This document shows, piece after piece, positions 18,143 to 29,300 of a DNA stretch of 64,000 nucleotides. Position 1 is the stretch's first letter. The number at the start of each line of letters is the position of its first letter. The notes below the pieces were generated by a model. The model made no database searches. It was not told where the DNA came from and saw only the letters and a list, made by a program, of their open reading frames with translations. The stretch is from a virus (taxonomy: Duplodnaviria > Caudoviricetes), in IMG/VR virus record IMGVR_UViG_2930337131_000001, positions 64,054 to 128,053 of that record. The stretch is one strand, 5' to 3'. The translations under genes and the position numbers were made by a program.

Positions 18143-18667
18143 ATGTCGTTCGTCATCGACCTGGACGCCGAGCGCCGCGAGGTCCAGTACCCCGACGGCA
18201 TCCCCGTGAAGTTCGGCGGGGAACAGTTCATCTTCCCGGCCGAGCTGCCGGCCGAAGCTCTCGACCCGATCCTGTCCGACGAGCTGGACCTGGTCGGCCT
18301 CCTGGGCGAGGTCCTCGAGTCGTCCGACGGCGACGCCGGCATCAAGGAAGTCGTCAACGCCCTGTTCCGGCGCCCGTCCCTGCCGCGCAAGTTCCTCGAG
18401 GCGATCCGCCAGACGTACGCGATCCTCCTCGGTGACCAGCACGAGGAGTTCCTCAAGCGCCGCCCGTTCATCGGCGACTACGTCCGCCTCACGACCGGCC
18501 TGACCAAGGTCTACGGGGTTGAGCTGGGGAAACTCTTTCGGTCGGCCGACTCCTCCGAGAGCGATTCGGAGACCTCGAGTCCGACCTCTCCCGATACCAC
18601 CGGATCGACGCCCGACGAGTCTGGCTCCGCCCCGGACAGCCCGGATTCCTCGGACTCCGACGGCTGA
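18143..18667 (+). CDS. Tail assembly chaperone (G)
   Basis: Lies between the major tail and tape measure genes; AAGAGG RBS; contains a slippery site. Confidence 0.75.
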   Translation: MSFVIDLDAERREVQYPDGIPVKFGGEQFIFPAELPAEALDPILSDELDLVGLLGEVLESSDGDAGIKEVVNALFRRPSLPRKFLEAIRQTYAILLGDQHEEFLKRRPFIGDYVRLTTGLTKVYGVELGKLFRSADSSESDSETSSPTSPDTTGSTPDESGSAPDSPDSSDSDG

Positions 18668-18975
18668 TCTCCCTCGTCGACGGCCTGCCTGACGACTCCC
18701 AGGTCCGCTCTGCCCCCATGGGGGGCTGGAACCGGTACCTCGAGCTCCTGGCGATGGTCGTCGAGGAGATCGGACTCCTTGCCTCCGACCGACGGCGCGA
18801 GGAGCCCACCACCATCGTTCGTCCGCCGCGCCCCGGCACAGCGACGCGCAGCAGCTCCGGCACCCCACGCCAGCAGCTCCCGCCGCCCGAGCCGGAACCG
18901 CAGGCGCCCCGCATGACCGGCCACCGCCAGATGCTCATGGCCGCCATGCAGAGAGGAATGGTCCGCAGTGGGTGA
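18526..18975 (+). other. Programmed -1 frameshift (G GGG AAA) and G-T extension frame
   Basis: The -1 frame reads FGDLESDLSRYHRID...LRRLISLVDGLPDDS and runs open into ORF 18718-18975. Confidence 0.75.
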
Positions 18976-21900
18976 GGGCCTACAGGCTGGCCGCCTCGAT
19001 GTGCCGGTCGTCGCTGACCTCGCAGGGTTCGCGGCGAAGCTGCGCAGCGAGGTTGAGGCGGCCGCCGAGGGCCTGGCCGCGAAGATCAAGGTCGAGGTCG
19101 ACTCCAAGGGTCTGCGCAAGCAGATCAAGAAGGCAGTCGAGGAAGCCTCCAAGGGCATCACGGCGAAGATCAAGGTCAAGGTCGACGAGGAGCGGTTCCG
19201 GTCCGAGCTGGACGGGCTGCGGCGCCGCCTCGATGACGAGGAGCTGCACGTTCCCGTCCGGCCGAACGGTGACGGCGACGGCCGCCGTGACGGTCTCCGC
19301 GACGGCCTACGCCGCATGATCCGCGGCGCCCAGGACGACGCCGACCGTAGCCCCGTCAACGTCCCCGTGAAGCCGAAGCTGCCCGGCGGCCGCGGGGCGT
19401 TGATCGGCGGCATCCTCACCCTCCTCGAGCCGGCCGTCGCGCTGATCACCCAGTACGGCGCAGGCCTTACCGCGTTGGTGTCCGCGGCCGCGCCCGCGGT
19501 CGGTGTCCTAGGCGCGATACCGGGGCTGATCGCCGCGGCGGGTACCGCGGCGATCGGCACGAAGATCGCTTTCTCTGGGTTCGGCGACGCCCTCAAGGAG
19601 ACGCTGAAGATCCAGCAGCAGCAGGCCGACGGAACCAAAATCACGAAGGCCGAGCAGCAGAAGCTGGACCAGGCCGTGGGCAAGCTGGGCACCTCGGCCC
19701 GCAAGTCCGTGAAGGACATCGCGTCACTGTCCCCGGCCTGGGCCAAGGTCAAGAAGTCCATCAGTGAACGGTTCTTCTCCCAGATCGAGGGGGACATCAA
19801 GCCGCTCGCGAAGACCACACTCCCCCTGCTGAAGAGTGCCCTCGGCGACTCGGCCTCCCAGATGGGCAAGCTCGCCGACCGCGGCGCCCAGTTCATGAAG
19901 TCCAGCATCTTCCGCCGGGACTTCAAGACGATCGCGGGCACCAACTCCCGCGTCATCGGCAGCATGACCAACGGCCTGGCCAACATGGGCCACGCCACGC
20001 TCGATTTCCTCGTCGCGAGCGGTCCGTTCGTCGAGCGGGTCGGCCGCGGTACCGAGCGCATGACCCAGTGGGTCCGCGCCCAGGTCCAGGCCGGCAGAGA
20101 GACGGGCAGCCTCGCCAAGTTCCTCGACCACGCAGGCGACGCGGCCGGACAGCTCGGGCGCGCCACCGGGAGCCTGATCAAGGGACTCGGCGGTATCGGC
20201 CGCGCGGCCCAGGACACCGGCGGCGCCCTGCTCGACGGCCTCGAGGGCAGCATGAAGCGCTTCGAGCGCTACGCCCAATCAGGCGCCGGCCAGAAGGCGA
20301 TGAAGCAGTATTTCTCCGACTCTGCGCCTGCCTTCCACGAGGTCAACCTCCTGTTCGGCGACATGATGCGCGGGCTTGGCAAGTCCATGAAGGACGGCGG
20401 CATCGTCGACCTGGTCCGGCAGATCCGCCTCCAACTGATGCCCGCGCTGGGGACGTTCTTCAACAACCTCGGCCAGACCGTCGGCCCCGCGATCATCTCG
20501 GTCATCTCGAACATCGCCGAGGCCATCGGGAACCTTTCTGCGGCCGGCAGCGGTCTCGGGGTACTGCTCGTGGCCTTCAACGGTCTCTTGCACGGCATCA
20601 ACGCGCTGACGAGCGCGTTCCCCGCCCTGAACACCGTGGCAGCGATCCTCCTCGGCACGATGGTGTCGCTCAAGGTCGTCAGCGCTGTCGCCACCATGCT
20701 GCGCGGCTTCGGCACGTCGGTCGTGACCGCAGGCTCCAACATCACCCGTTTGAACAACACGCTGCGCGGCACGGCAACCGCGAGCGGCTCGAGTCTGAGC
20801 GTCTGGGGCCGTATGACCGGCGTCTACGGCCGGGTGTCCCAGCAGGGCAACCGCCTGACCGGCACCCTGCGCGGTATCGGCGCCGCCAACAAGGTAGCCA
20901 TGCGGGCGCTCGGCGGTGTCACCGGAGCGCTCGGCGGCCCTCTCGGTATCGCCATCGCCGCGGCGACGATCGGTCTCGGCTGGCTCGCCTCCAAGCAGGA
21001 GGCCGCGGCCCGCGCCGCCCAGGCGCACGAGGAGCAGGTGCAGAACCTGGCCCAGGCCCTGGCGCAGTCCAACGGCGTCGTCGACGCCAACGTCCGGGCG
21101 CAGGCAGCGACCTACCTTCAGGACGTCAAACTCGCCGACGGCAAGGGGAAGCTCGTCGACGTCCTGCGCGACGCCGACGTGAGCCTCAAGGACGTCACGA
21201 ACGCCTACCTCTCCCAGGGCGGTTCGATCGACGACCTGCAGAAGAAGCTGATGACCCTCGCCGACGCCACCAAGTACTACAAGAGCTACGCCGGCGACAA
21301 GGCGTCCAAGCTCGTGTACACGGAGCAGGGCGAGGCGTACAAGGCCGCGGCCGACGCCCTCGGGGATATGAGCGGCACCCTCGCGGAGACGAAGAAGAAG
21401 CAGAAGGAACTCAACGACGCGACGAACGGCGGCACCGCCACCGGCACGACGGCATACGACCGACTGCAGACGGCCGTCCAAGGCTTCTCCGACAAGACCA
21501 AGTCGGCGGACGAGCGGACCCAGGCGCTCAAGTCGGCACTGGACGCCCTCAACGGCAACACCCAGTCGTTCCACGACGCCGAGGCACAGCTCAACTCCGT
21601 GATGCTCCAGATCGACGACACGATGAAGTCGAACATCGACCACGCGGACGGCTGGGGCAAGGCGCTCGTCGGCAACGACAAGCTGGTCGACACGAGCACC
21701 AAGAACGGCCAGACCCTGAACAGCCAGCTCACCGACCTGCGCGACAACATGCTGTCCGTCGCTACCAAGGCGCAGGAAGCCGGGGAACAGGGCCTGATCC
21801 CCATGTCCGCGGCCATGGACAAGAGCCAGGCCGCCATGGAGAAGGCCCGGAAGAAAGCCATCGAGCTCGCCCGGGACATGGGCATCCCGAAGGAGCAGGC

Positions 21901-22981
21901 CAAGGCACTCGCCGACCAGATGGGTTTTGTGCCGTCCGAGATTCAGACGGTGGTCATGGGCAACATGCCCCAGGCGACCCAGCAGGTCCTCGCGCTGCGC
22001 AACCAGCTCGACGGCCTGAAGCCCGGCAAGACCATCAAGATCGACGCCCCCACGGCCGATGCCCAGGCGCAACTCCGTGCCCTGGGTTTCACGGTGGAGA
22101 AGGTCCCCCACAGCAAGAAGATTTCGGTCACCGCTCCGACCACCGGCGCGCGTGTCGACCTCGCGGCTCTCGTCTCGGACATGGCCAAGGCGCCGAAGAA
22201 GAAGCAGGTCACGGTCCAGGCGATCATCAAGCAGGCCGCGGGCGACCTGAAGGGGATCCAGGACAAGGTCGCGAGCCTCAAGCCGAAGAAGTCCATCACG
22301 GTGACGGCACCGACGGCCGTGGCCCAGAAGGCGCTCAAGGATCTCGGATACAAGATCACGAACGTCGACAAGGGCGGCAAGAAGGTCAAGATCACCGCGC
22401 CGAACGCCACCCCGCTCGCCCAGGTCCAGCGCGTCCAGACCGCGATCAACAACCTGACCGGCAAGACGGTGCACGTCACCGTGCAGTACAGCGAGTCAGG
22501 CAAGCCGGCTGTGGTCCGCACGCACGCGGACGGCGGCATCGTGCAGTACGCCAACGGCGGTATCCGCGCGGCAGTCGGCCGGATCAAGGCGTTCGCGGCC
22601 GGCGCCGAGAACCACATCGCGCAGATCGGCAAGCCCGGCGAGTGGCGGCTGTGGTCGGAGCCGGAGACCGGTGGCGAGGCGTACATCCCCCTGGCCCCCG
22701 GCAAGCGCAAGCGCAGCGAGGCAATCCTGCAGAAGGTCGCGGAGATGTTCGGCGGCCGGGTCGTCTACTTCGCCAATGGCGCGCTGCGCCAGTACGCCCA
22801 GGGCGGCGTCCGCGCGCGGGCCGCCACCGTCCGTCAGCGAGCATCGGCCGCGCAGGCAGCGGCCTCCCTCGTCGGCGGTGACCTGAACCTCAACATCGGT
22901 GCCGTGGACTCCACGGGCACCGCACTGGACGACGCCATGTTCGAGCTGCGTCGGATTCGCCTGGGAGGCAGCTATGCGTGA
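18968..22981 (+). CDS. Tape measure protein
   Basis: 1337 aa, Ala/Gly/Lys-rich helical protein with hydrophobic segments; C-terminal HADGG...EPETGGEAYIP. Confidence 0.9.
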   Translation: MGEGLQAGRLDVPVVADLAGFAAKLRSEVEAAAEGLAAKIKVEVDSKGLRKQIKKAVEEASKGITAKIKVKVDEERFRSELDGLRRRLDDEELHVPVRPNGDGDGRRDGLRDGLRRMIRGAQDDADRSPVNVPVKPKLPGGRGALIGGILTLLEPAVALITQYGAGLTALVSAAAPAVGVLGAIPGLIAAAGTAAIGTKIAFSGFGDALKETLKIQQQQADGTKITKAEQQKLDQAVGKLGTSARKSVKDIASLSPAWAKVKKSISERFFSQIEGDIKPLAKTTLPLLKSALGDSASQMGKLADRGAQFMKSSIFRRDFKTIAGTNSRVIGSMTNGLANMGHATLDFLVASGPFVERVGRGTERMTQWVRAQVQAGRETGSLAKFLDHAGDAAGQLGRATGSLIKGLGGIGRAAQDTGGALLDGLEGSMKRFERYAQSGAGQKAMKQYFSDSAPAFHEVNLLFGDMMRGLGKSMKDGGIVDLVRQIRLQLMPALGTFFNNLGQTVGPAIISVISNIAEAIGNLSAAGSGLGVLLVAFNGLLHGINALTSAFPALNTVAAILLGTMVSLKVVSAVATMLRGFGTSVVTAGSNITRLNNTLRGTATASGSSLSVWGRMTGVYGRVSQQGNRLTGTLRGIGAANKVAMRALGGVTGALGGPLGIAIAAATIGLGWLASKQEAAARAAQAHEEQVQNLAQALAQSNGVVDANVRAQAATYLQDVKLADGKGKLVDVLRDADVSLKDVTNAYLSQGGSIDDLQKKLMTLADATKYYKSYAGDKASKLVYTEQGEAYKAAADALGDMSGTLAETKKKQKELNDATNGGTATGTTAYDRLQTAVQGFSDKTKSADERTQALKSALDALNGNTQSFHDAEAQLNSVMLQIDDTMKSNIDHADGWGKALVGNDKLVDTSTKNGQTLNSQLTDLRDNMLSVATKAQEAGEQGLIPMSAAMDKSQAAMEKARKKAIELARDMGIPKEQAKALADQMGFVPSEIQTVVMGNMPQATQQVLALRNQLDGLKPGKTIKIDAPTADAQAQLRALGFTVEKVPHSKKISVTAPTTGARVDLAALVSDMAKAPKKKQVTVQAIIKQAAGDLKGIQDKVASLKPKKSITVTAPTAVAQKALKDLGYKITNVDKGGKKVKITAPNATPLAQVQRVQTAINNLTGKTVHVTVQYSESGKPAVVRTHADGGIVQYANGGIRAAVGRIKAFAAGAENHIAQIGKPGEWRLWSEPETGGEAYIPLAPGKRKRSEAILQKVAEMFGGRVVYFANGALRQYAQGGVRARAATVRQRASAAQAAASLVGGDLNLNIGAVDSTGTALDDAMFELRRIRLGGSYA

Positions 22982-24017
22982 CGGCGACTGGTACATCGGC
23001 TACTACGCCGCCGACAACTATCCGGGCGCGCTGATGCACTTCGGGCGGGAGGACTCGGGCGTCTACTGCCTGTCGGAGCCGGACATCGCGTTCGCGGACG
23101 TCGACGTCGCGGACGCGGCGCTCCCGGGCGAGGACGGCGTCCGCATGGGACGCGACTACCAGCGCAGCGCCACGGCCACCTTCGAACTGGGCATAGACGG
23201 CAGCCGGACGGTCATTGACCGGCACTGGCCCCTGCGCCCCGGCCCAGGCGACCGGGTCGGTGACTGGTCCGAGATGGAAGCCATCATGGCGCTCGTGAAG
23301 AAGCACGACGACGGCCCCGCCGTGCGGGGCCTGGACGGCGTGAACCTGATGCGCCAGGTGTGGCGGGCCGACGCCATCCGCGGCAAGGCAGGGCGCGTCT
23401 CCTGGCTCGCGCACAAGACCGCAGGGCGCACCCGCCGGCTGTACGGCCGCCCGCGGAAGTTCGCGGTCTCGCACTCCCGGCTCTCGTCCCAGGGGTACAC
23501 CCCCGTCGTTGCCGACTTCGTCGCGGTCGACGATCGCTTCTACGACGAGACGGAGCAGCAGGTCGAGCTCTACGACCACATAGCCATCGGCCTGCCGTGG
23601 CGGCCGGGCCGGGGACACCTGCCTGACTGGCTGTACACGTCGAAGAAGACCGTCGCGTTCCAGCAGCGGGGCACGGTGAACACCTTCCCCTACATAGACA
23701 TCTACGGGCCGTGCAAGAACCCCAAGCTCACGATCAACCGTGACCTGTGGGCGGTGCAGCTCAGCATGACGATCGCCGCGGGGGACTACGTCCGTATCGA
23801 CCCGCGGCCATGGGTCCGCACGGTCACCCTCTACACCAAGTCGGACTCCAAATCGGTGGCGGACAAGCTGACCCGGGCCTCGCCCCGCCTGGCGCAGATG
23901 TTCATTCCGCCCGGCCGCTGGTCGGCGTCGCTGTCGTACACCAAGACGGCCGGCGCCACCTCCCACGACGGGCCGCGCATCCTCATCAACTGGCGGGACG
24001 CCTTCAACTGGTGGTGA
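22974..24017 (+). CDS. Distal tail (Dit-like) minor tail protein
   Basis: First gene after the tape measure; GGAGG RBS; LYGRPRK, IYGPCKNP and terminal WRDA motifs. Confidence 0.65.
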   Translation: MRDGDWYIGYYAADNYPGALMHFGREDSGVYCLSEPDIAFADVDVADAALPGEDGVRMGRDYQRSATATFELGIDGSRTVIDRHWPLRPGPGDRVGDWSEMEAIMALVKKHDDGPAVRGLDGVNLMRQVWRADAIRGKAGRVSWLAHKTAGRTRRLYGRPRKFAVSHSRLSSQGYTPVVADFVAVDDRFYDETEQQVELYDHIAIGLPWRPGRGHLPDWLYTSKKTVAFQQRGTVNTFPYIDIYGPCKNPKLTINRDLWAVQLSMTIAAGDYVRIDPRPWVRTVTLYTKSDSKSVADKLTRASPRLAQMFIPPGRWSASLSYTKTAGATSHDGPRILINWRDAFNWW

Positions 24018-24021
24018 CCGG

Positions 24022-24051
24022 GCGACGTTAGCCCCCGCGGCCGCCCACTCT
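24022..24051 (+). promoter_or_regulatory. Late-promoter motif
   Basis: GCGACG-N18-CACTCT. Confidence 0.6.
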
Positions 24052-24081
24052 CTCCCCTCCCGTACGGAGAAGGAGAGCAGC

Positions 24082-25053
24082 ATGACGTGGGACCCGATCC
24101 CCTGGTTCGTGGAGAACACCGCGGCGTCCGAGGAGGTGCTGCGCCTGATCGCCGACGTCGCCGCGTGCGGCGGGGAAGGCATCATCAGCCCCGCGGACCT
24201 CCTCGTCACCGCACTGGACGTCCCGGCCGGCTCGGTCCAGGTCGGACCGGGCGCCATGGTCGCGATACGCCGCGCGGCGGCAGGCGGGGGCAGCCAGAGC
24301 TACGCCGCGCGGATGCCGACGACGGAGCAGGTGGACATCGAGCCGACGTCGGTGGACGGCGCCCGCTCGGACCTGATCATCGCCCGCGTCGAGGACCCGT
24401 ACGGCGGGGAGTCGTGGCCGACGCCGGAGGACCCGAGCGTCGGCCCGTACGTCTTCACGCGGGTCATCTCCGACGTGCCGGTGGGCACCACCAGCATCCT
24501 CGACATCGACCCTGACTCCACCGCGGTCACCCTGGCCCGGGTCGACATACCGGCGGGGACGACGAACATCACTGCGGCGATGGTCACCGACCTGCGGCAG
24601 CTCGCGCGGCCGCGGTCGCAGACCTCCCGCCGCTACCTGCCCGGCGCCTGGGCGACCACGGACGACGTCGGCGCGATCACTGACACCTGGGAGGGCTTCC
24701 CGCTCGGCGCCACCTGGACGGAGAAGGTCCCGGAGTGGGCCACCCACGTGTCGGTGCACGTGTCCATCACGGGCCTGCTCCACCCGGACACGACGGAGGC
24801 CCGCGGGCAGCTCCGGGTGTCGTTCGCCGACACCCAGCACGGTGTGGGGATGCCGTTCAGCGCCACCCAGGCCGGCCGCCTCGCGGTGCAGGCGGGAGCC
24901 AAGTTCACCCTTGCCCCGGCCGACCGCGGGGAGATGCGCGACATCGACGTCGAGGGCACCGGCACCGCAGGCTTCACGGGCGTACTGCGCGCGGACGCCT
25001 ACACGGTGCTGTCGCTCGAGGTGACCTACTCGCAGGAGCCGGTGAGCGCCTGA
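24082..25053 (+). CDS. Minor tail protein
   Basis: RSDLIIARVEDP...LARVDIPAGTTNITAAMVTDLR, an actinophage minor tail motif. Confidence 0.7.
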   Translation: MTWDPIPWFVENTAASEEVLRLIADVAACGGEGIISPADLLVTALDVPAGSVQVGPGAMVAIRRAAAGGGSQSYAARMPTTEQVDIEPTSVDGARSDLIIARVEDPYGGESWPTPEDPSVGPYVFTRVISDVPVGTTSILDIDPDSTAVTLARVDIPAGTTNITAAMVTDLRQLARPRSQTSRRYLPGAWATTDDVGAITDTWEGFPLGATWTEKVPEWATHVSVHVSITGLLHPDTTEARGQLRVSFADTQHGVGMPFSATQAGRLAVQAGAKFTLAPADRGEMRDIDVEGTGTAGFTGVLRADAYTVLSLEVTYSQEPVSA

Positions 25054-26255
25054 TGAGCGGGTGGCGGTACATCGCGATGCGCGCGGTGTCGGGCGACTTC
25101 CTGGACTGGGACGTCCCGTTCGTCGCCGACTCCCCGCCGCGGCGGGAGCTGAACGGGCCGGGCCAGATGACGGGGACGATCTCACCGGAGTACATGCGGC
25201 TGATGGCCAAGCCCGACGGCCTGCCCGTCCTCGCGGAGTGGTCGACCGCGCTGTTCGCGGAGTTCGAGGGCCGCATCCGGTGGGGTGGGTTGATCACGAA
25301 CCTCGCCTTCGAGAACCAGTCGATGAAGGTCACGTGCGCGGGCTACACCGCCTACCCGGCCGGGATGCCGTACCTCGGGAGCGTGATCCGCTCCGGCGCC
25401 ACAATCCCGCAAAAGTGGGCGTACGACGGAAAAGACAAAAATCACGACGGATACATCGACGGCACCCACCCGAAGCGGAAGATGCCGAAGAAGCCGAAGG
25501 ACAAGATCAGCAGCCGGGTGGACGCCTTCGACGTCGTCCGGACCATCTGGAGCCACCTGCAGAGCTACAAGATGGGCGCCCTGGGCGTCACCCTCGACAA
25601 GCACGACTCCGGCTATCTCCTCGGCGCGGCCAGCGGCAAGGACCCGTGGGAACTGCTGTGGTGGGACTCCCCCGACTGCGGCTCCACCATCACCGACGTG
25701 ATGAACCTGGCGAAGGGCGATTTCCTCGAGCGGCACTACTGGGACGGCAGCAAGGAGAAGATCCTCCACCACATCGACCTCGGCAAGAGGCGCCTCGGCA
25801 AGGCCCGCTCCGACCTCCGCTTCGCCCAGGGCGAGAACGTCATCGAGATCGCGACCCCCTCCTACCAGGGCGACTTTTTCGCGAACAACGTCTACGTCCT
25901 GGGCAAGGGCAGCGGCCAGAAGACCGCCCGCGTCCGCGTCGTCGTCGACGACAAGCGCCTCCGCCGGGCGAAGATCATCACCCGGAAGTCCACGGCGCAC
26001 GCCAAGACGCTCACCGAGTACGGCAAGAAGGAGCGCGCAAAGCACTCCGAGCAGCTCACGATCCCGTCCATCGCAGTCCGCCACCACCCCAACGCGCCCC
26101 TGGGCTCATGGGCCCTGGGGGACCGCATCCTCGTCCAGGTCGAGATCCCGTGGGTGGGTGAGCTCGCGATCTGGCACCGCATCACGGCCGAGGAGATCGA
26201 CCCGGCCGGCGGCACCGCAGTTCTGTCCCTGACCCGCTCCGACTTCTACGGATGA
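25053..26255 (+). CDS. Minor tail / baseplate hub (Tal-like) protein
   Basis: WRYIA...RELNGPG...IRWGG pattern; translational coupling; synteny. Confidence 0.65.
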   Translation: MSGWRYIAMRAVSGDFLDWDVPFVADSPPRRELNGPGQMTGTISPEYMRLMAKPDGLPVLAEWSTALFAEFEGRIRWGGLITNLAFENQSMKVTCAGYTAYPAGMPYLGSVIRSGATIPQKWAYDGKDKNHDGYIDGTHPKRKMPKKPKDKISSRVDAFDVVRTIWSHLQSYKMGALGVTLDKHDSGYLLGAASGKDPWELLWWDSPDCGSTITDVMNLAKGDFLERHYWDGSKEKILHHIDLGKRRLGKARSDLRFAQGENVIEIATPSYQGDFFANNVYVLGKGSGQKTARVRVVVDDKRLRRAKIITRKSTAHAKTLTEYGKKERAKHSEQLTIPSIAVRHHPNAPLGSWALGDRILVQVEIPWVGELAIWHRITAEEIDPAGGTAVLSLTRSDFYG

Positions 26256-26262
26256 CCAGCAC

Positions 26263-26292
26263 GCGACACTAACCCGCTCTCCCCTCCACTCT
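26263..26292 (+). promoter_or_regulatory. Late-promoter motif
   Basis: GCGACA-N18-CACTCT. Confidence 0.6.
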
Positions 26293-26343
26293 CCGCCTGC
26301 CCCGGACATCCCGGCGGCCGCGGAGACACGGAGGGGAGGACGG

Positions 26344-29300
26344 GTGTCGTCCTTCAACCTGGACGAGCGGGAGAAGCGCAGGCAGTTCGCCACCTACTTC
26401 AAAGAGCTCGAGGACCGGATCGCCAACCTCGAGCGGACCAACCAGCTCAACAACGCGAGCATCGAGGGCGGCGCCCTCGACATCTACGACGAGGACGGTG
26501 CCCTCAAGGGCTCCGTCGGCGTGCAGGACGACGGCACGGTCGCCCTGGTCCCCCACCCGGAGAACACCGACCCGCCCCCCACACCGACCGCACCGACCGT
26601 CGACTCCGCCCTGGCAGGGCTGGACATCACATGGTCCGGCCAGTGGGCCAACTCCGAGACCGCGCCCAACGACTTCGCCCTGGTCCAGGTCCACGTCGGC
26701 ACACCCGCCGACTTCACCCCGAACGCCGCCACCCAGGTCTCGCAGATCAACGACGTGACCGGCGGCAAGACGACCGTGCACGTCGAGGGCTACGACCCCG
26801 TGTGGGTGCGCCTGGTCGCGGTGAACACCGCGGCGCTGACAGGTGATCCGTCGGACGCGGTGCAGGGGCAGGCGAGGCAGGCCGTCAGCCAGGACCTGAT
26901 CGACAACATCATCACGGACGTCAAGATCGCGAACGAGGCGATCACCGAGGCCAAGATCGCGCTGTCGGCTGTGACCAGCGACAAGATTGCGGCCGGCTCG
27001 GTGAACGAGCTGCTCCTGGCCGACGACGCGGTCACCGCGGCGAAGCTCGCGGCCGCTTCCGTGGGGACGGTTGCCCTCGCCGATGGGGCGGTGCTGGCGG
27101 AAAAGCTCGCCGACAACGCGGTCACGCAGTCCAAGGTGGCGGCGAACGCGGTCACGGAACTCGCCCTCGCGAACTCGGCGGTCACCTCGGCGAAGGTGGC
27201 CGTGGGCGCGATCGACTCCACGAGGATCGCGGACGCGGCCGTCACGGCAGTGAAGATCGGGCAGAACGCGGTCACCGCGGCGAAGCTAGCCGACGGCGCC
27301 GTGGGCGCGCTGGCCCTGGCGGACTCCGCGGTCACGGCGGCGAAGGTCGCCGTCAACGCGATCGACTCCACGAAGATCACGGACGCGGCCGTGACAGCGG
27401 CAAAGATCGGCGCGGCCGCAGTCACCACGGGCAAGCTCGCCGCCCAGGCCGTCACGCTCGCCAACCTGTCCGGGGCGCTCGCCGACGTCGCCTCCCAGCG
27501 CTGGGTCGACACGATGGGCGACCCGTCCACCTGGACGGTGGCCGCCCTCAGCACCGGCGGCGCCTTCGACTTCCTCACCGGCGTCACCGACGCCCAGACC
27601 GGACAGACCGTCGGCCAGGCCACCGGATTCGCCCGGCTGCGCGGCAACACCCTGATCCCGTACGACCCCGACGTCCTCTATCGCATCTCCGCCCGGGTCC
27701 GGATGCCGCAGGCCGGCACCTCCGACGCGGTCTATGTCGGCGTCCTCGGCATCGGCGCGGACGGCGTGACGCTGGTCAACCGCGACGGCTCCAACTCCGT
27801 GAACAGCCACTACTACCCGGCCGCGTCGGGGAAGGCCGTCGCGAACACGGACGGCTGGGTCACGGTCATCGGGTTCATGAAGGGCCGGGCGGCCTCGGGT
27901 GTCTCAGGCAGCGCCGGCCCGAACAACGACCCCCGCTCCCCGGGCCTGGTGAACGCGGGCGTGCGGTTCATCAGCCCGTACATCTGGCTCAACTACAACC
28001 AGCAGTCCAGCGGGTCCTCAAAGATGCAGATGGACTACGTCGCGATCGAGGCCCTGAAGACCGGCGTGGTCGACACGATCAACCTGTCGTCCGGCGCGGT
28101 CACGGCCCCGGCCATCGCGACGGACGCTGTGATCGCCGGGAAGATCGCGGCCGACGCCATCACCGCGCGAGAACTCGCGGCGAACTCGGTCACGGCCGCG
28201 GAGTTGTCCGCCGGATCGGTCACGGCGGCCGCCATTGCGGCGAACACCATCACGGCCGGGCAGCTCGCCGCGAACTCCGTCACGGCGGCGCAGATAGCCG
28301 CGGGCAGCGTGCAGACGGCGGCCCTGGCCGCGGACGCGGTGGCGGCCGGGAAGATCGCGGCTGACGCGGTCACCGCGCGGGAGCTGGCCGCGAACTCGGT
28401 CACGGCCGCGGAGCTGTCCGCCGGGTCCGTCACGGCGGCCGCCATCGCGGCGGGAACCATCACGGCCGGACAACTGGCCGCGAACTCCGTCACGGCGACG
28501 CAGATAGCTGCCGGGGCGGTGCAGGCCGGAGCCCTGGCCGCGGACGCCGTGGCGGCCGGAAAGATCGCGGCGGACGCAGTCACCGCGCGGGAGCTCGCGG
28601 CGTCCTCCGTCACGGCATCGGAGCTCTCCGCGGGGTCCGTCACGGCCAACGCCATCGCGGCCGGGTCGGTCACCACCGACAAGCTGACCGTCGCGGGCGG
28701 CGCCAATCTCATGTCCGACCCCTCGTTCGAGGGAGCGTTCAGCGCCGCCCTCGTCGCCGGCAGCAACAACTTCTCCATCGACACGATCGGAAACGGGTCC
28801 GCCAAGTCCCTCAAGCTGAACGCAGTTGCCGGAGCTGCCACCACCAAGTCGCAGATGATCACTCGGGTGCCGATCCTCGCCGGTGATCAGCTCTATCTCG
28901 CGTTCGACTACCTGGCCTCCAGCGACTACACCAGCACTGCCACCCCGAAGTTCTACGCCCGGTGGGAGGACTCCACCGGGACAACGATCGGCTACGGCGT
29001 GGCAGCGGCCTCCCCGCCCGTCCTCGGCGGCAGCACGTGGAACCGGCCCACCGCCACCGTCACCGCCCCCGCCGGGACCGTGCAGGCATCCATCTGGGCG
29101 GAATCCTTCAATGCCTCGGCCGGAACCCTTTGGTTCGACAACATCGCCGTTCGCCCGGTCGTGGCGGGCGTGCAGATCGCCGACGGTGCGATCACCACGC
29201 CCAAGATGGTCGCCGGGTCCATCCAGGGCGACCGGATCGCGGTCAACACCCTGAACGCCGACCGCATCGTGTCCGGCTCGATTACTACGAGCCAGCTCAA

